Assembly: GCF_009914755.1 (NCBI RefSeq)
Contig: NC_060929.1
Source of the DNA: the human T2T-CHM13v2.0 reference genome, Homo sapiens
Length of the DNA: 64,000 nt
Reading direction: 5' to 3' (one strand)
Part shown: positions 42,420 to 57,222 of the stretch, one piece after another
Numbering within the stretch: position 1 is the first letter of the stretch
How the letters are laid out: each line of letters begins with the position of its first letter
Position numbers and translations under genes: made by a program
The notes under the pieces: generated by a model
Seen by the model: only the letters and a program-made list of their open reading frames with translations
Databases searched by the model: none
Told to the model about the DNA's origin: nothing

Positions 42420-43420
42420 GGGCTAGCCACTGTGGATACAATATTGAACAACCTAAACACAAACCCTGCCTTCAGGGAATTTATAGTTTAGTGGAAAAGA
42501 CCAACAATTAAAATCACAAATACATGGGAAAGTAGAGTGTAATGGGAGAGCCAGAGAGAGGAAACACATTCCCTGTGTTTACCAGAAACACAGGGAATCA
42601 GGCAGAGGGGTCTTCCAGAAGAAGGAGTATCTAAATTGAGACCTCCAATGTATAAGCAGACATAAGTCAAGGGAAAGAGGCTTGATTGGTAGAGGTGAGG
42701 GCTCAGGCAGATTGATCAGCCTGAGCAAAGGCCTGGAGGCCAAAAGAGAATGGGGATATATGCCAGAAATTGCAAGAAGCTCAATAAGTGTAGGTCAGAG
42801 CCTATGCTGTGTGTTAGGGGAGGTGAGTAGTGAGAGAGAAGGCTGGAGAAGTTAGGGAAAGTGGGGTGTCTAATCACAAAAGACTTTGTAACTCATATTG
42901 AGAAACTTGGGCTTTATCTTAAGGATCCAGAGTAGCCTTTAAAAGATCTTAAATAGGAGAGTGACAGATTTGCATTTTATAGAAAGATCCCTCTGGCTGC
43001 AGTGTAGAGAATACATTAGATGCAGTGTGGGAAGCAAATTTGGGTGGGAAAGGAGGGAAATAATACAGCAGAGAGGGGATAATGAGATGTTTTAAACTAA
43101 TTGATTTTGAGGCATCTATGGGACATCCAAATGGAGATGTCCAGTGGTTAGTGAGAGAGCTGGGCCTGGAGCATGAGAGAAAGATCTGAACTGGGGATTT
43201 AGCTTTGGAAGTCACCAGCAGAGAAATGGTTACTGGAATTACTGGGGAGGAAGGCATTGCCTTGGTTAGGTGGGATAGGGGTTGGGGACATGAAGACTAC
43301 AGTGAGAAGTAGAGACCAAGAGCAACCTAACACTGAAGACACCTAACACTGAAAGAACAGCAGAAGAGTCCTGGGCGAGTATGGGGAGACGTGCAGCAGT
43401 AAAGTAGGAGAGGGAGTGTA
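42420..43420 (-). mobile_element. L2 fragment
   Basis: tttagaaagatccctctggctgcagtg-like and gggacatccaaatggagatgtccag motifs. Confidence 0.75.
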
Positions 43421-44069
43421 ATCATTTGAAGGTTTCAGTGTTCCTTGGGAGTTCCTGCTGGCAGACGGTGTCAGTAATCAACTTGGAGTTCTACTAGTAT
43501 TACTTCAAGACCCACCATTAGTTTTCCATTTATCAAAGAGGACCCCAACCTACAGTGTAAACTTGACAAGGTATATTATGCAACACAGTGAAGAATAGTT
43601 ACAAATGCTTTCTTGAGTCTCCTTCCATGCCATAAAATAAACATGCTGCATCTTCTCCAATGCAGAGAGGGTGGGGAGCCCTCCTTGAGAGAGGAAGGAT
43701 GGTTGCCAGGAAAAACATTAGGCTGTTTTGGCCTCTACCTAATTAGGCATTTCCCTCTTCAGATTAGAGTTACACACACTTGTGTTAAGGGTTTAATATT
43801 ATGTCAAATCGTTCCCTTGATATACAGTTATAAAAATGTGACTCCATAGACTAAATTTCCATAACTCTCTGTTCTTTTGTAGAGTTTTGCTACTTCCTTT
43901 CAGAAGATATTTACAAATACAAATGTGATGTTTACAAATCAGAAATCATTGATGAACTCAGCACTACGTCATAAACCAGGTCTTCCTCAACAGTCTCAAA
44001 AGATGCACTGAGAAAAGAGAAAAATAACCCAAACTTCTATGCTGAGAAGTCTTGAAGGGTCTTGTGGCC

Positions 44070-44480
44070 TAACAAGCCAGAGTTTAAACCCAGTGCCACC
44101 ATTCATTAGCAGTGTGACTTTGGATATATTCCTTAATTTCAGAATCTCAATTTCCTTATCTTAAAATGGGGATAACAATACCTATCTTGTAGGCTACTGA
44201 GGCATTAGAAAAAACATTTATTGAGCTATCATCAGATATTAGAGATAGCTCAAAGTACTTTCCATAGATTAATGCATTTAATCTACCAGATGCCTATTAC
44301 CGAGGCACAGAGAGGTTAGATAACTTATGTAAGGTCATATTGCCAGTAAAAGATAGAGCAAGGATTTGAACTCACAAGAACAGAGAACTTGTTCTTAAAC
44401 ATTATGCTACACTGTTTCTCTAAATATATGTAAACCATCTAATACTAGTGTCTGATACATAACAGGCACTGTACTTGATA
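44070..44480. mobile_element. Nested MIR fragments in both orientations
   Basis: tctcaatttccttatcttaaaatggggataa and gaggcacagagaggtta. Confidence 0.7.
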
Positions 44481-46825
44481 AATGGTATTAATACAAGTAA
44501 ACAGAGCTTTTTATCTTTATGGGAAAAGAAAGACAAGTTCCATGGTGCACTGGCATACAACTCTGATTCAGATTAGTATCTAAAAATACTTGAGCTTAAA
44601 AAAGATTCTTTTACTATGTATGAGAAGAAATACCTTGGCTTGCAATAATTCTAGCAATGGACAAAAGCAGAGGGAAGTACAAAATATAGATTTCTCCTGG
44701 AACAAACTATAATGCGGAACTATTCCTCTATTTTAAAAGCATTTCTTTCAATTGTCTCTGGAGAAGGAGGCTAACAGCTGAAGCAACATTATGGGCATTG
44801 ACTGGAGGTGCACAAGATGCTGATGCTACTGTCCAGTGAAGGATGTTTCCTCCAAAAGTCCTGGCCATCAAAGCAAACCCAATAGCCATTACAGCCAGGT
44901 AAAAGCCATTAGTACTCATCTAGTAGGTCCTTCTACAAAAAAGTAATGCACTGTGTTCATAAGGCAAACATTCAGGGATAGACTTCAAATGGAGTGGGGC
45001 CTACATGGTACTGGACAAACCCCCTCCCCTACAACCCAAAATGACTCTTATACTAAAGAATCCGTGTAGTCTCTAGGCCAAAATTCTATCACTTAGCACT
45101 TAACAGCTTCGAAGTATTCATAATACCAACATTAAATATTCAAAAAATGCAGGATGGATGGATGGATAGGTAGAGGAAGAAAGAAAAGAATGAATGAATG
45201 AACATATACACACCCATGAGATTTTACCAACTATCTTCTCTGCGGGGATTAGTTGATAAAGAAAAAAAAAGTAAGGTCCTTTGTACCTTAACATGGGATG
45301 GCCAAAAGAAAGTTGAACTCTGAGAAGACAGGTTAGAAAAAGCCAAAGAGAAAACCAAGGGGCGGCATTTGTGATGTTATCAAGGATTAAATGATTAAAT
45401 GAAACAATAAGCTCACTTCAGCCGGCTTATATCAACTTCAAAATGTAACAAGAGTGGAGTATTCTATTCTCTATCATTACATAGGCTTAAATTTGCAAAG
45501 TTAATCCTCGGGAGGAGGTTCCCTTCTTCCCAAGTTTCCTCCTAGAATTCAGATAGTACCAAAAGGTAAATGGCAGCATCTGAATACAGGTTTGTAGGAT
45601 AACTAAGTCAGACTCAAAGATACACACCTCAACTTTTTTACATTTCTTTGAGTTGACAGCAATCATTAACAACATTTGACAACAGTATTGGAAACTATCT
45701 TTGGGGCCAGATTCTGCTTGCCTAAGAATACAGATAATTTTAGAAAAGATAATCTCTCTGAGACTTCTTTATAAAAGTTTTTTGGTCTGTAAAATAAGGA
45801 TAATAGCCACTATTTTAAAAAAGTGAAAATTAAATGAGGCGATAAAGAGCTTGGCACATGGTGGGCATTCAATCTATCCCCGGTTGCTGAAGCCCTCGTG
45901 GGTAATGATTACTACCTCATAAGCACAAAAAGCTCCTCTCCTGAAGCAAAGGGTGGGCTGGTGCAGTATCAAGATCCTTTGCAATACTAGATCTTATTTG
46001 GGCTTTCTTAGAAGCTACTTGACACAAAAACTTTATGCTGCCTATATATTTCCCAATATTTACAAATTATTCACCACTGTTTATGTAAATCTGGGCACAG
46101 TGAGTTGATTCTTTATTCTGAATCTATTTCTTAGAAAAACCTTCCAACCATATGCATAACACTTGTTCTGAGGCACAGGAAGGCTGGTCTCAGGCAATTC
46201 AGAAATATATTTATCTCCACCTAATAGAAGCTGCTTATAACAATATAAATTTGCCTTCTCAGCAATGCTTTTTCTCTCTGCCTAAACTCCTCCTTCTTTC
46301 CACACGGAAAACCTTCTGCTCCATCTGGCTTTTCTCCTGTGCCCAGAGACACTTGTGTCCCCAACACAAGAGAAATTTGCACTGCCAGGAATATGTATAG
46401 GCAAGAAAACACATAACTCACTCTGCGAAGACCAAACCTGTAGTTGTCTTTTATTCCATACCACTTAACTTCTTCATAGTGCTTAACTTCTTCACAGGCT
46501 AATTTCCAAACTTCTGAAGCTAGGGTGTATATAAAGACTATTTGTACAGTATTCGCCCTTTCTTTATCTATTATATTGAACAAATTAAGGTAAGAACTTT
46601 TAAACCACTATTATATAGATATTTTCCAGAAACACTCTTGATTGCTTGATACTAAAGTATGTAGGATTTCTTCTCTGAAGATTAATGACCGTATTTTATA
46701 TGATCAAAGGGAAGGAAATGGCATTAAAAAGGCAGGGTCTTAGAAACTCAAGTTATTTGTCACCTGGGAGTCAGATAATAAAACAATGCAAATGTTGTAT
46801 TTAATGTGGCTAGTCTTTCCATAAA

Positions 46826-47106
46826 CGGTGGCTCACGCTTGTAATCCCAGCACTTTGGGAGGCCGAGGCGGGCAGATCACGAGGTCAGGAGATCGAGATC
46901 ACGGTGAAACCCCGTCTCTAATAAAAATACAAAAAATTAGCCGGGCGTGGTGGCGGGGCCTGTAGTCCCAGCTACTCGGAGAGGCTGCGGTAGGAGAATG
47001 GCGTGAACCCGGGAGGCGGAGCTTGCAGTGAGCCACGATTGCGCCACTGCACTCCAGCCTGGGCGACAGAGAGAGACTCCGTCTCAATTAAAAAAAGAAA
47101 AAAAAA
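46826..47106 (+). mobile_element. AluY, slightly 5'-truncated with an internal deletion
   Basis: gatcacgaggtcaggagatcgaga and gagaatggcgtgaacccgggaggcggagcttgcag. Confidence 0.93.
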
Positions 47107-49330
47107 GTATAACCTATTTGGCATGTAGCAGGCACATGTAATTACTTTCAGCCATTCATAGATGTTGGCTTCCACTAAAACAGTCTCTGAGCGTAGAACA
47201 ACTTTCCTTCTCATAGTCTTAGCACCAAGAACCAAGACCTGTTTACGCATCTGTTTCTACCGTATAGGCTTCTTGGCAAAGGGGTTCTACCCTAAGAAGG
47301 GCTTCAAGCACAGGGGGTCCCACTGTTCAATGGAAACCAGGGTTGCTGCTTCACAGGTGCTGCACCAAGCAGTTTATTTCAGTATTTTGTTTCAGCTCAC
47401 TTCTGACTTGGAAAACATTGGTGGTCTTAGAACAACAGAAAGTTGCCATTAGAAACCTAGCTCAAGGCCTATTTTACAAATTCAAATAAACACTAAAGGC
47501 CGAGACTTATTTAGTCTCATACCCATTTAATATTGAAACTCAGCTTGAAACATACCACTTAAGTTTTGTGAGTATAATTTAATGTGGTTTATTTTAAAGA
47601 GAATTAGAGTGAAGTACTTAAAAATGGTGTTGGTGATACTGTGTTGTAAGTAGCGTGTTGGGTGAGAGTAGTTCATACATTAGCTATTATACAAATGAAC
47701 AACTACATTCCTTTTGCCACATCTTCACAAACTGGGAATTAGGGCATGAATATCTTTGTGGGCCATTATTCTGCTTACTATAAGAAAAAGCTGCAAGATA
47801 AGCATTTTTTTCATACCCACCTTATCCCCCCCAAAATTAATGTAATTTAAATATGTTTTTATAATAAGCATTACATACAGGGAAAGTATATGGTGAAAAA
47901 TGAAGCCCAAATAAACTTTTTTATACTGATTCGAACCCTCATGACATGACAATTATTTCAACAGTCCAGTGATATAATATGAAATCCAACCCTTGTTTTG
48001 GTGCATACTCCAACTTCAATCATCATTCTGTTGGCGCCATTTCCCTTCCCTAAAACAAACAGGTGTTTTCAATTCTAAGTTTATAATTAATAAGAACAAA
48101 TATTTCAAATGTTTCATAATAGCTCTTGTTAAAGAGATACTCACCTTTATTTTCCTACTTCAAAACATTTTGAGGTCTAAAGATAGTTTAGCATTTATAA
48201 AAATATTATGGTTGTAGGTTGTAAGGGTGTTTATTTAGGCATACCAGGATTTAAAATATTGCTATTCAAAAAGTTTCTAATCCAAAAGAACGAAAAACCC
48301 ACTATCGTAGCATAGGGACAGCTAGACACCATGAATGGTCTGGAGTTACAATAGATCTTATGTGACTAACTACATTTTCTAAACCAAAAATGAGGCACAT
48401 ACTCTAAATGAGGGAGTTTTTGGACTTTCATTTCATCTGTATAAAAAGTCTTTAAAAACACAAGTGGAAAAATTATTGTACCTGTATATAATACATAAAT
48501 GTACCTTTTTAATGTACAAAAATAGAAACAAAACAAAAAAACCTCTCCTGGAAACTGAGGGTCAATTTATAACCAGCAGCTGAGTGCTATACCTTACAAC
48601 AAGCAGCATGGCAGCCTGAGACATTTTCTAGCCATTAACAACTAAAGTGAGTGAAAGGAAGACCTGCAGAGACACAAGGGTCAACCTTGTCAAAACAAAG
48701 TTTCTACATTTTTTAATGTGCCAAGACAAAAAGGGATCTGCAAGCCACATTCACTCATACTCCAAAATAGGCTTCATTTTTGTATTCTTATAAAACTTTC
48801 CCAAAGGAGGTATCAAACTTTTTATGCAGCAACCAAATATGTATACCTTCATATTCATACATTACAAACTAGTAAATATTTACCTAATGTTTTATACTGT
48901 TTTAAATAACCACATCTTTTAACTCCCTTAATGTATGAGTATTTCTATCTAATCCTATTCTGTAGAGAATTCTAAACTAAAGGAAGTTTAATAGCTCCTT
49001 TTCATAAAGTGAAAAGAGAGCACAGGATTTTAGATTGTTTTTTCCTGACCAGAAATTAAAAGGGACACTTCATGAAAAATGACAAGTGACCCCAAACAGA
49101 TTATGTTCCAAAAGTTTACTTGGAAGCTGAAACATGTTTTTCCCATAGGAAATTATCAGATGCCAAACTAGTGTATAAACATCTAATTAATCAATAATAA
49201 AAAATGGATAAAAATAGCAGAAAATTCACTACAATTCTCAAACAAAAATAACAAAAGAAATACTAATATGAATATTAAATACTGGTACTTCAGGAAATAA
49301 TTTTTAATCTAATTTCTCTAATTAAACTTA

Positions 49331-49638
<308 letters not shown>

Positions 49639-50847
49639 ACAAAACTTTAAACTCCCAAAAGACATTCTGGCCACTGTTTTAGAGTTTCTGGAATCTGATA
49701 ACACTGATTCGTGAATTTCCTTTGCTTTAGGCATGTTGTTTAACACCATTCACCATTATTAATTAGTATTAAATGACAATGTTAAGAACACTTAGCCTAG
49801 CTCTGGCACAAAGTAAGCTCCATAAAAATTATGTGAGCAGAAATGATCTGAGGCTCACGGTAACTGGGTGGCAATTTGAGAAGAAGGCAACGAAAGTTAA
49901 GGGAGAATGTGTGCACATAAATGCAAAAAAGAATGACCTGAGAAAGTATCAACTCAGGTGTTTTTCCAACCCTCCAGTCTAGAAAAACCTGGGTTTGAGG
50001 TCCCTGGAAGGCAGAATTTGGCAAAAAAGTCAAAAGGTTACCCTTTGATTATGGTCCCGAAGCAAAGGGTAATCTTGTGAAGCAAGTGACGCTCCAGAAA
50101 ACAGATGGAGGGCAAGAACTGAATACAACGCATTTAGGTAGATGGAGCCAATCCGTTCTGGAAGAAAAAGCTGAAGTGTTTTCCTGAGGAAACGGCATGG
50201 AGATGAGGGCTATGCAGGCAGCCTTTTGAAGTGCATCTGTGGCTAAGTCTGTGGACCAGGTTGTTAAAATCACTGAATCAGTTTGACAGTTATGAAGATA
50301 AGGAAGAAATGAGCAGAGAATGGCACGTGTTGAACCTTGCTGAAGAAATAAAGGGAAGAATCATCATTGGAGTAATATAGTAGTTTGAAAATCTGAATAA
50401 ACATTAGGATTTCTTCGGCATACCTTTAAAATGCAGAGTCCTAGGCCTGTCCCCATCCTTAAAGATTCTGATTGCATGGGTATGAATGATTATAATGTTC
50501 AGCCAGATTTGGGAAACACCAGATGAAAATTCAGTTCAATTATTAACCTCTGAAGTACAACTTAACTATAGGATATTATCAATTTATATTATCTTAAAAA
50601 GTAACATCCTGATGCTGCTGGTTTAGAAAAGCCACATACATAAATCACGTAACCACATATTTTCTGTACAATAAATATGTAAGTGTCTGAAAATATTTTT
50701 AAAACCACAAATCCAAAGTGACAGTTTTTTCAAATATGTAAAGAGCTTAAAAAAATAGATAACTGTGTTTTCAAGTTTTAAAATTTGAAATTTAGAAATT
50801 ATGTCTGATATTGACACTATAAAGAAAACAAGATGCTGTATTTTTGT

Positions 50848-50853
50848 TTTATT
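50848..50853 (-). terminator. SKIC3: Probable main SKIC3 poly(A) signal AATAAA (3'UTR of about 0.7 kb)
   Basis: TTTATT on +, followed on the minus strand by a U-rich tract. Confidence 0.65.
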
Positions 50854-51213
50854 TCAGAAAGTTCAAGTCTTTCCATCATAATTGAAGGAATTGCATGATC
50901 AATTAAATATTATCAGCATTATTTTCCATTAATGTTTTTAAATGCATTCACACACCTGAGTGTTTGGAATTATATAAACATATCCATTAGAGTCTAGACT
51001 CACCAACATTTATGTTATGCTTTTTCAACAGAATCGGAGATGAATCACTAGATAAATAGGTTACAAGATTATTTGGATTTTATGATGAGTTGGTTTGCCG
51101 AACTTTAGAATTCATAGGAAGAATTAAATCTTTGAATTTGATTTTTAACAAAAGAAAATTGTGCATTGTGCTAATCTACTTTTGCATATTACATAGAAAA
51201 TGGCTATTAAGGC

Positions 51214-51219
51214 TTTATT
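51214..51219 (-). terminator. SKIC3: Possible proximal SKIC3 poly(A) signal AATAAA
   Basis: TTTATT on +, about 330 nt after the stop codon. Confidence 0.45.
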
Positions 51220-51545
51220 GTAAGGGATTACAGTAAAAGATATTCTATTGTGCACCATGCAAGATGCAGAAAATAATGGTTTACAAATAATGTTAAGCAA
51301 CCAAGGCAATAATGGTTTTCCTTTCATTCTGGTTTTCCCAAATTAAATTTTTTTTTTTCAGATTAAAATCAGGTTTGGAGTTAACAGAAAATTGCATTCC
51401 TAACTTAAAAACTTCAACTTCTCTAGATTCCTTTAGAAAAGGAATAAATATAGTTTTAAAAAATGTTGCTTTGGGTAGAAGTCTTGATTCATTGCTTCAT
51501 TCTTACAGCTTTTTCTTTGCTTCCTTACTATAAAATAATCCAATG

Positions 51546-51620
51546 TTATTGTGAGGACAATCTCTGATTCAGTTCCAATGCTCTTGTATCTCCATGAGTT
51601 TTGGCATTGTTTACCAGCAC
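51546..51620 (-). CDS. SKIC3: SKIC3/TTC37 (SKI complex TPR subunit) terminal coding exon (VLVNNAKTHGDTRALELNQRLSSQ*)
   Basis: Minus-strand tttcccatag| acceptor, 24 codons then TAA. Matches the recalled TTC37 C-terminus. Confidence 0.92.
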   Translation of the reverse strand: MLVNNAKTHGDTRALELNQRLSSQ

Positions 51621-51839
51621 CTATGGGAAATCACATACAGGAACGTCAGTATTTTGTTTATTAACAATATCTATATTTTGATTCATTGAAGCCAAGTAAT
51701 CCAAGGGCGGCAGTCTTGAAAAGGCAACATCAAACTACACTAGGAAAAGTGACTCTGTGCAATCTTTCAGTCACTTTTGCAAATATAAATTGTTTAAACG
51801 AAGCTAACATCAGAGAGATGCACAATTCATTCAAATTAG

Positions 51840-52173
<334 letters not shown>

Positions 52174-52455
52174 TGATTGCTATCGTTATTAGCACTGCAT
52201 AAAATTAAAGGTTTTGTTTGTTGGCTTTGTTAATAATACTGTCACCTCTAAACCCTTACTCAAAAAGACTACTTTATGCATAGAACTGTTCAAATGAAAT
52301 TGCTCCTCTTTGAAACCACAGCTCAGGATCTAGGCTATAGGTTCTAGGCTTTATCAATAACTTTTCCATGATTTTACCTATTTCACAAACTAGAAGATTC
52401 AATTTCAGCTGATCCTTCATACTAAAACATTTTTTGGTTGTTCATTGTCAAGCAC

Positions 52456-52900
52456 TGTGAAGGGTCTGAGATTCTGCTCTATTTGGAAGCTAACAAGTTA
52501 GCCTGCCACAGTTCCATAGATACTGCCAGAAGATAAAGGATTTTTAGGTCACAGAGAAAAGTCTTCATTATTCAAGGTACGGCAAACAGCATGAGCATCA
52601 ACATATTTGCCTCTGTTCTTCTTGTCCTCTCAGTCTGTGACATGGATGGACTGATATAGTTTCCCACATATGCAGTCGGTTGCATTACAAGAAGGGAACC
52701 CTAAGCCTAGGATGCTTAATCTTTTATAATGGACAGGAATATCTACCCTTTGTTCTGGAGGGAGATACTATCTCTGTCTTCCAAGGATGTTCACTATACG
52801 AATATCTTTGAAAAGATAGACTAGAACAAAGAGTAATCAGGCCTCCTGCTCACAGGATATTTAGAAATGCAAGAGATCCATGGCGAACTGTCTCCCAACA
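52456..52900 (-). mobile_element. ERV1-class solo LTR (MER67-like)
   Basis: TG...CA ends: tgtgaagggtctgagatt...gctaacaagttagcctgccacag ... ctgtctcccaaca. Confidence 0.7.
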
Positions 52901-53679
52901 TTCATATATGTTCCACCTTTTTGATTTGGAATATGTTGATTACAATGCCTTTCTCCAAGCATTGTTTTCTTTACTATTTCTTTCAGCTTTTACGTTTCAC
53001 CAAAAGGCAAACAGTATTTCAAAATGCTGTAGGTACTGAAAAAGCTTTTCAGTGATTTTCATTGTGTTTTTAAAATTGTTGGCTAAAGCTATGAAAATTT
53101 TAACCCAATACATTTGTATATTCTCTACATTATTCAAAATAATTTTGGATACATATATATTTATATATTTAGATGCCAGAGCCATACCATGAGAAGTAGA
53201 GTAGAAACTGTTACATGTATTTTATAGTAAAGGCAAGAATAAGGCAAACAATTTTTTTAAAGGTAATACAAACATTCCATTAGGATTCTGTTACCTCTAA
53301 CTCCATCCTATCTGCCTATTTGCCTCCACTGCAATGGCTGCAAAAATACAACTAACACCTAGCAGACCAAGGATACTGCCAAATATCCGACATTGCACAG
53401 GACAGTACCCACCCTCAACCCACACCTAAGAAAAAATTGTGCATTCCACAATCTCAGTAGGTTGAGTTGAGATCTCTGAAGATGAGAAACTCTGGGTTAA
53501 AAAGACTATAAGGGGTATATCATATCCTGGTTTCAGGAAAAGAGAAATATAGGCAGGCAAAAATAGTATAATCATTGTGATGTTAATACAAGACCAGTGA
53601 CAATTCATGCATGGACATTCTCTCCTTTAGTTTACCAGCTAGCCATTTTTACTTAGCCTTGCTTCTTGCTTAAATACAG

Positions 53680-53836
53680 TTAAAACCTTCAACTTCTTTA
53701 GAGTCCTTTCTTTAAAAAAGAAAAGGAATGAATAAGTATAGTTTTAAACAAATGTCGCTTTGGGAAAAACTCTTGATTCATTGCTTCATTCTTACGGCTT
53801 TTTCTTTGCTTCCTTACTATAAAATAATCCAATGTT
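53680..53836 (-). repeat. Dispersed direct duplicate of the SKIC3 proximal 3'UTR (51405-51547)
   Basis: 53771-53836 matches 51482-51547 at 65/66 nt. The remainder aligns with mismatches and indels. Confidence 0.9.
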
Positions 53837-54340
53837 TATAAAAAACTGGACAAAATATTTTATCCATCAATTTATAAAGAAATAATAACGGTAAATAAAT
53901 AATATGAAAGAAAGTATAGTTAAGTCGTTCCCTTCTGGCCAAAAAAGGGAAAGAAAATGTTGATTTTTGATACTGCTTTAGGTTGGGTTTAGATGGTCAT
54001 ATATTTGTATTGTTATAAACTTCACTAGGTAAGGGCTTTAGATCAGCAGTTCGCAACTTTTTACAAACCTCAGTACATTTAATGGATGACTTTTAAACTT
54101 GTGATGTTCTCATTGGTTCAAAGATAAAGTCCTGCAATTAGACAAGCTCCTTAAAATTCTACCCTTCTCTTTCACTTAAAAAAGCTTATAGGAACGCATT
54201 AATAGAGAGATATATAAAAATATCCTTGAATCTATTATATTTTATTACTGAAAATAAAAAAGTAAAACCATTTGTCACCTCTGGTTAGTATCTAATTACT
54301 TACAACATGCTTCACAACTGATCACGACCCCAAGGTTGTT

Positions 54341-54412
54341 GGTACTCAAAAAGTGTCAGATTTTGGAGCATTTCAGACTTTGGATTTTTAGATTAGGGAT
54401 GCTCAACCTGTA
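54341..54412. mobile_element. Tigger4/MER46 terminal fragment
   Basis: ggagcatttcaga...agattagggatgctcaacctgta. Confidence 0.7.
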
Positions 54413-54753
54413 TAGTTTCCCCATATAAAGGCATCTTGTACATATACAGGTTAAATCAACATTAAACTTTTTTTAAATACAGGTTTTAACAGTTCTGTTA
54501 TTTATGCCAAAGAGCCCCAGCTTTTGATGTTCTAATATCGAAAGGAGAATGTCATAACTAACCCATGGTAAGATACAAACTGTATATTTAACCTTTAAAC
54601 CATATGCATAAATATTTCTCATTTTCAACAGATGTAACAGTAGACATTGTAGTCTTTTATTAGCCAAAAAATTACACACTCAGTTTTTAAAAATTCAATC
54701 ATAAAAGTGAAGTAACTTTGAACAATAACTCTAAAACCCTTAGATCAAAGATA

Positions 54754-54995
<242 letters not shown>

Positions 54996-56662
54996 CTAAT
55001 CTCACACACACATTATCTTTCTCATATTTTTGCAGATGTAGTGTCTGATTATGATTTTTTAATTCAGATAACAATAAAGGTAATAATGGTTAATATCTAT
55101 TGAGTGTTTATCATGCACTAGGTACCATGCTAAATGTTTATACATATGGCTGTATTTAATGTTCAAAATCTTATTAGGTAGGTAGTTATTATTCCTATAT
55201 GGCAGAGAAGTAAATTATTCCAAGTTATCCTCATTCCAAAGAGAACAGAGAGACAGTCGCTATTTTATAATCTACTTTGAGTGCTCTACCTCCAATCTTT
55301 TTGAAAAGTAGGCAGAAACTAAATAAGTCACTAAATAATGCAAGGGTGATAAAGAGTGGAACAAGAAATATTCAACGTCTACATTACAGGCTATGTATAT
55401 CATATCAGGCTTTTAGCATATGTTTTCAAGGACGTGTATGATAATGTAAACCCATGTAATAACAGGCTGATTTACAGCTGTGTTCTAATTTTTTCTTTCC
55501 TAATTTACTAACATCTATGACTCCAAAACTTCTGTACTGCTAAAAACAACATAAACCATTAGTATATTCAGAACTGCTAAACAGAAAGATCTTCTAAGTA
55601 GCAATTAGTTTGAAGCAGGAACTAAATAACTTGTCTTGAAGATGCTTTTGCAGAGGGATCACGTAGTAAGCACGTTGTTATTTTTCTTAGACTGCATTTT
55701 TATTTGGGCTAGGTTTTGAAGGCGATAAAAATTATGGGAGGTGTTAACAAAGATTATTGGGGTAGGGGGTGAAGGGGAGATAGTACTCTCTAAGTTACCA
55801 ACACTGAGCATGAGCAGAAGTAGTTCATTAGGAAGTTTAAATTATAGCCTAAAACATTTCTTAGTGAAATTAGTCACACATAAAAATGGCCCCAAATAAA
55901 TAAATGTTAATAAATAGTGCTGGAGTTGCTAATCAGCCATATGGTCTTAATCTTCCACCATCCCTATTTTGTGATGTGTCTTTTGCTACATATTTATATG
56001 TACTAACCTCCATTTCTACCATACCTATTCTGTTGCAGTGATGTTTGCTCCTCAATCACTGCTTTACTTACAGATGCTTTGTATTATATGTAGTATATAT
56101 TAGAACTAGATATTTTCAAAATATTAAAGTATTCTTGCCTGTATTTTTTACCCATATGATCTTTAAGTAATTTTCTTCAAATTTAAGTACACTTCTTTCA
56201 ACATAAACATTGCTATAGAATTTTTGTATTTTAATCAGAGCAGCTTTTGGATTTTCTAGATAGGAAACCACATCATTTATAAACAACATATCTCTGCCTT
56301 TTCAATATTTATTACTTTTTTCATAGCTTATAACAATAGCAAGAACTGATAATGTAGCCTTGTGTTGGGGTCTTTTGGTTTTGTTTGTTTCTAGAACCCA
56401 CATCACACTGTTGGTGCCTCCTAACACAGTGAAGAACAAAAACTCCAAGACCTTCTTCACTGGAAATGCTATCATGCCAAACCCCTCATGCCCTATAAAT
56501 ATGTATCAAATTGCCTTTTTAAACAAATATAAGGCTTTGTTTCTCCCTTACTGGATTTCTGGAACCAGTTCTTCCAAAGTAGATACAGATATATAAATAC
56601 CCCCCAAAGTTTGTTAAATTGGTCTGTTACAAACTTTAAAGTTTATAATCTTTCCTTGATTA

Positions 56663-56854
<192 letters not shown>

Positions 56855-56860
56855 CTATAA

Positions 56861-57222
<362 letters not shown>

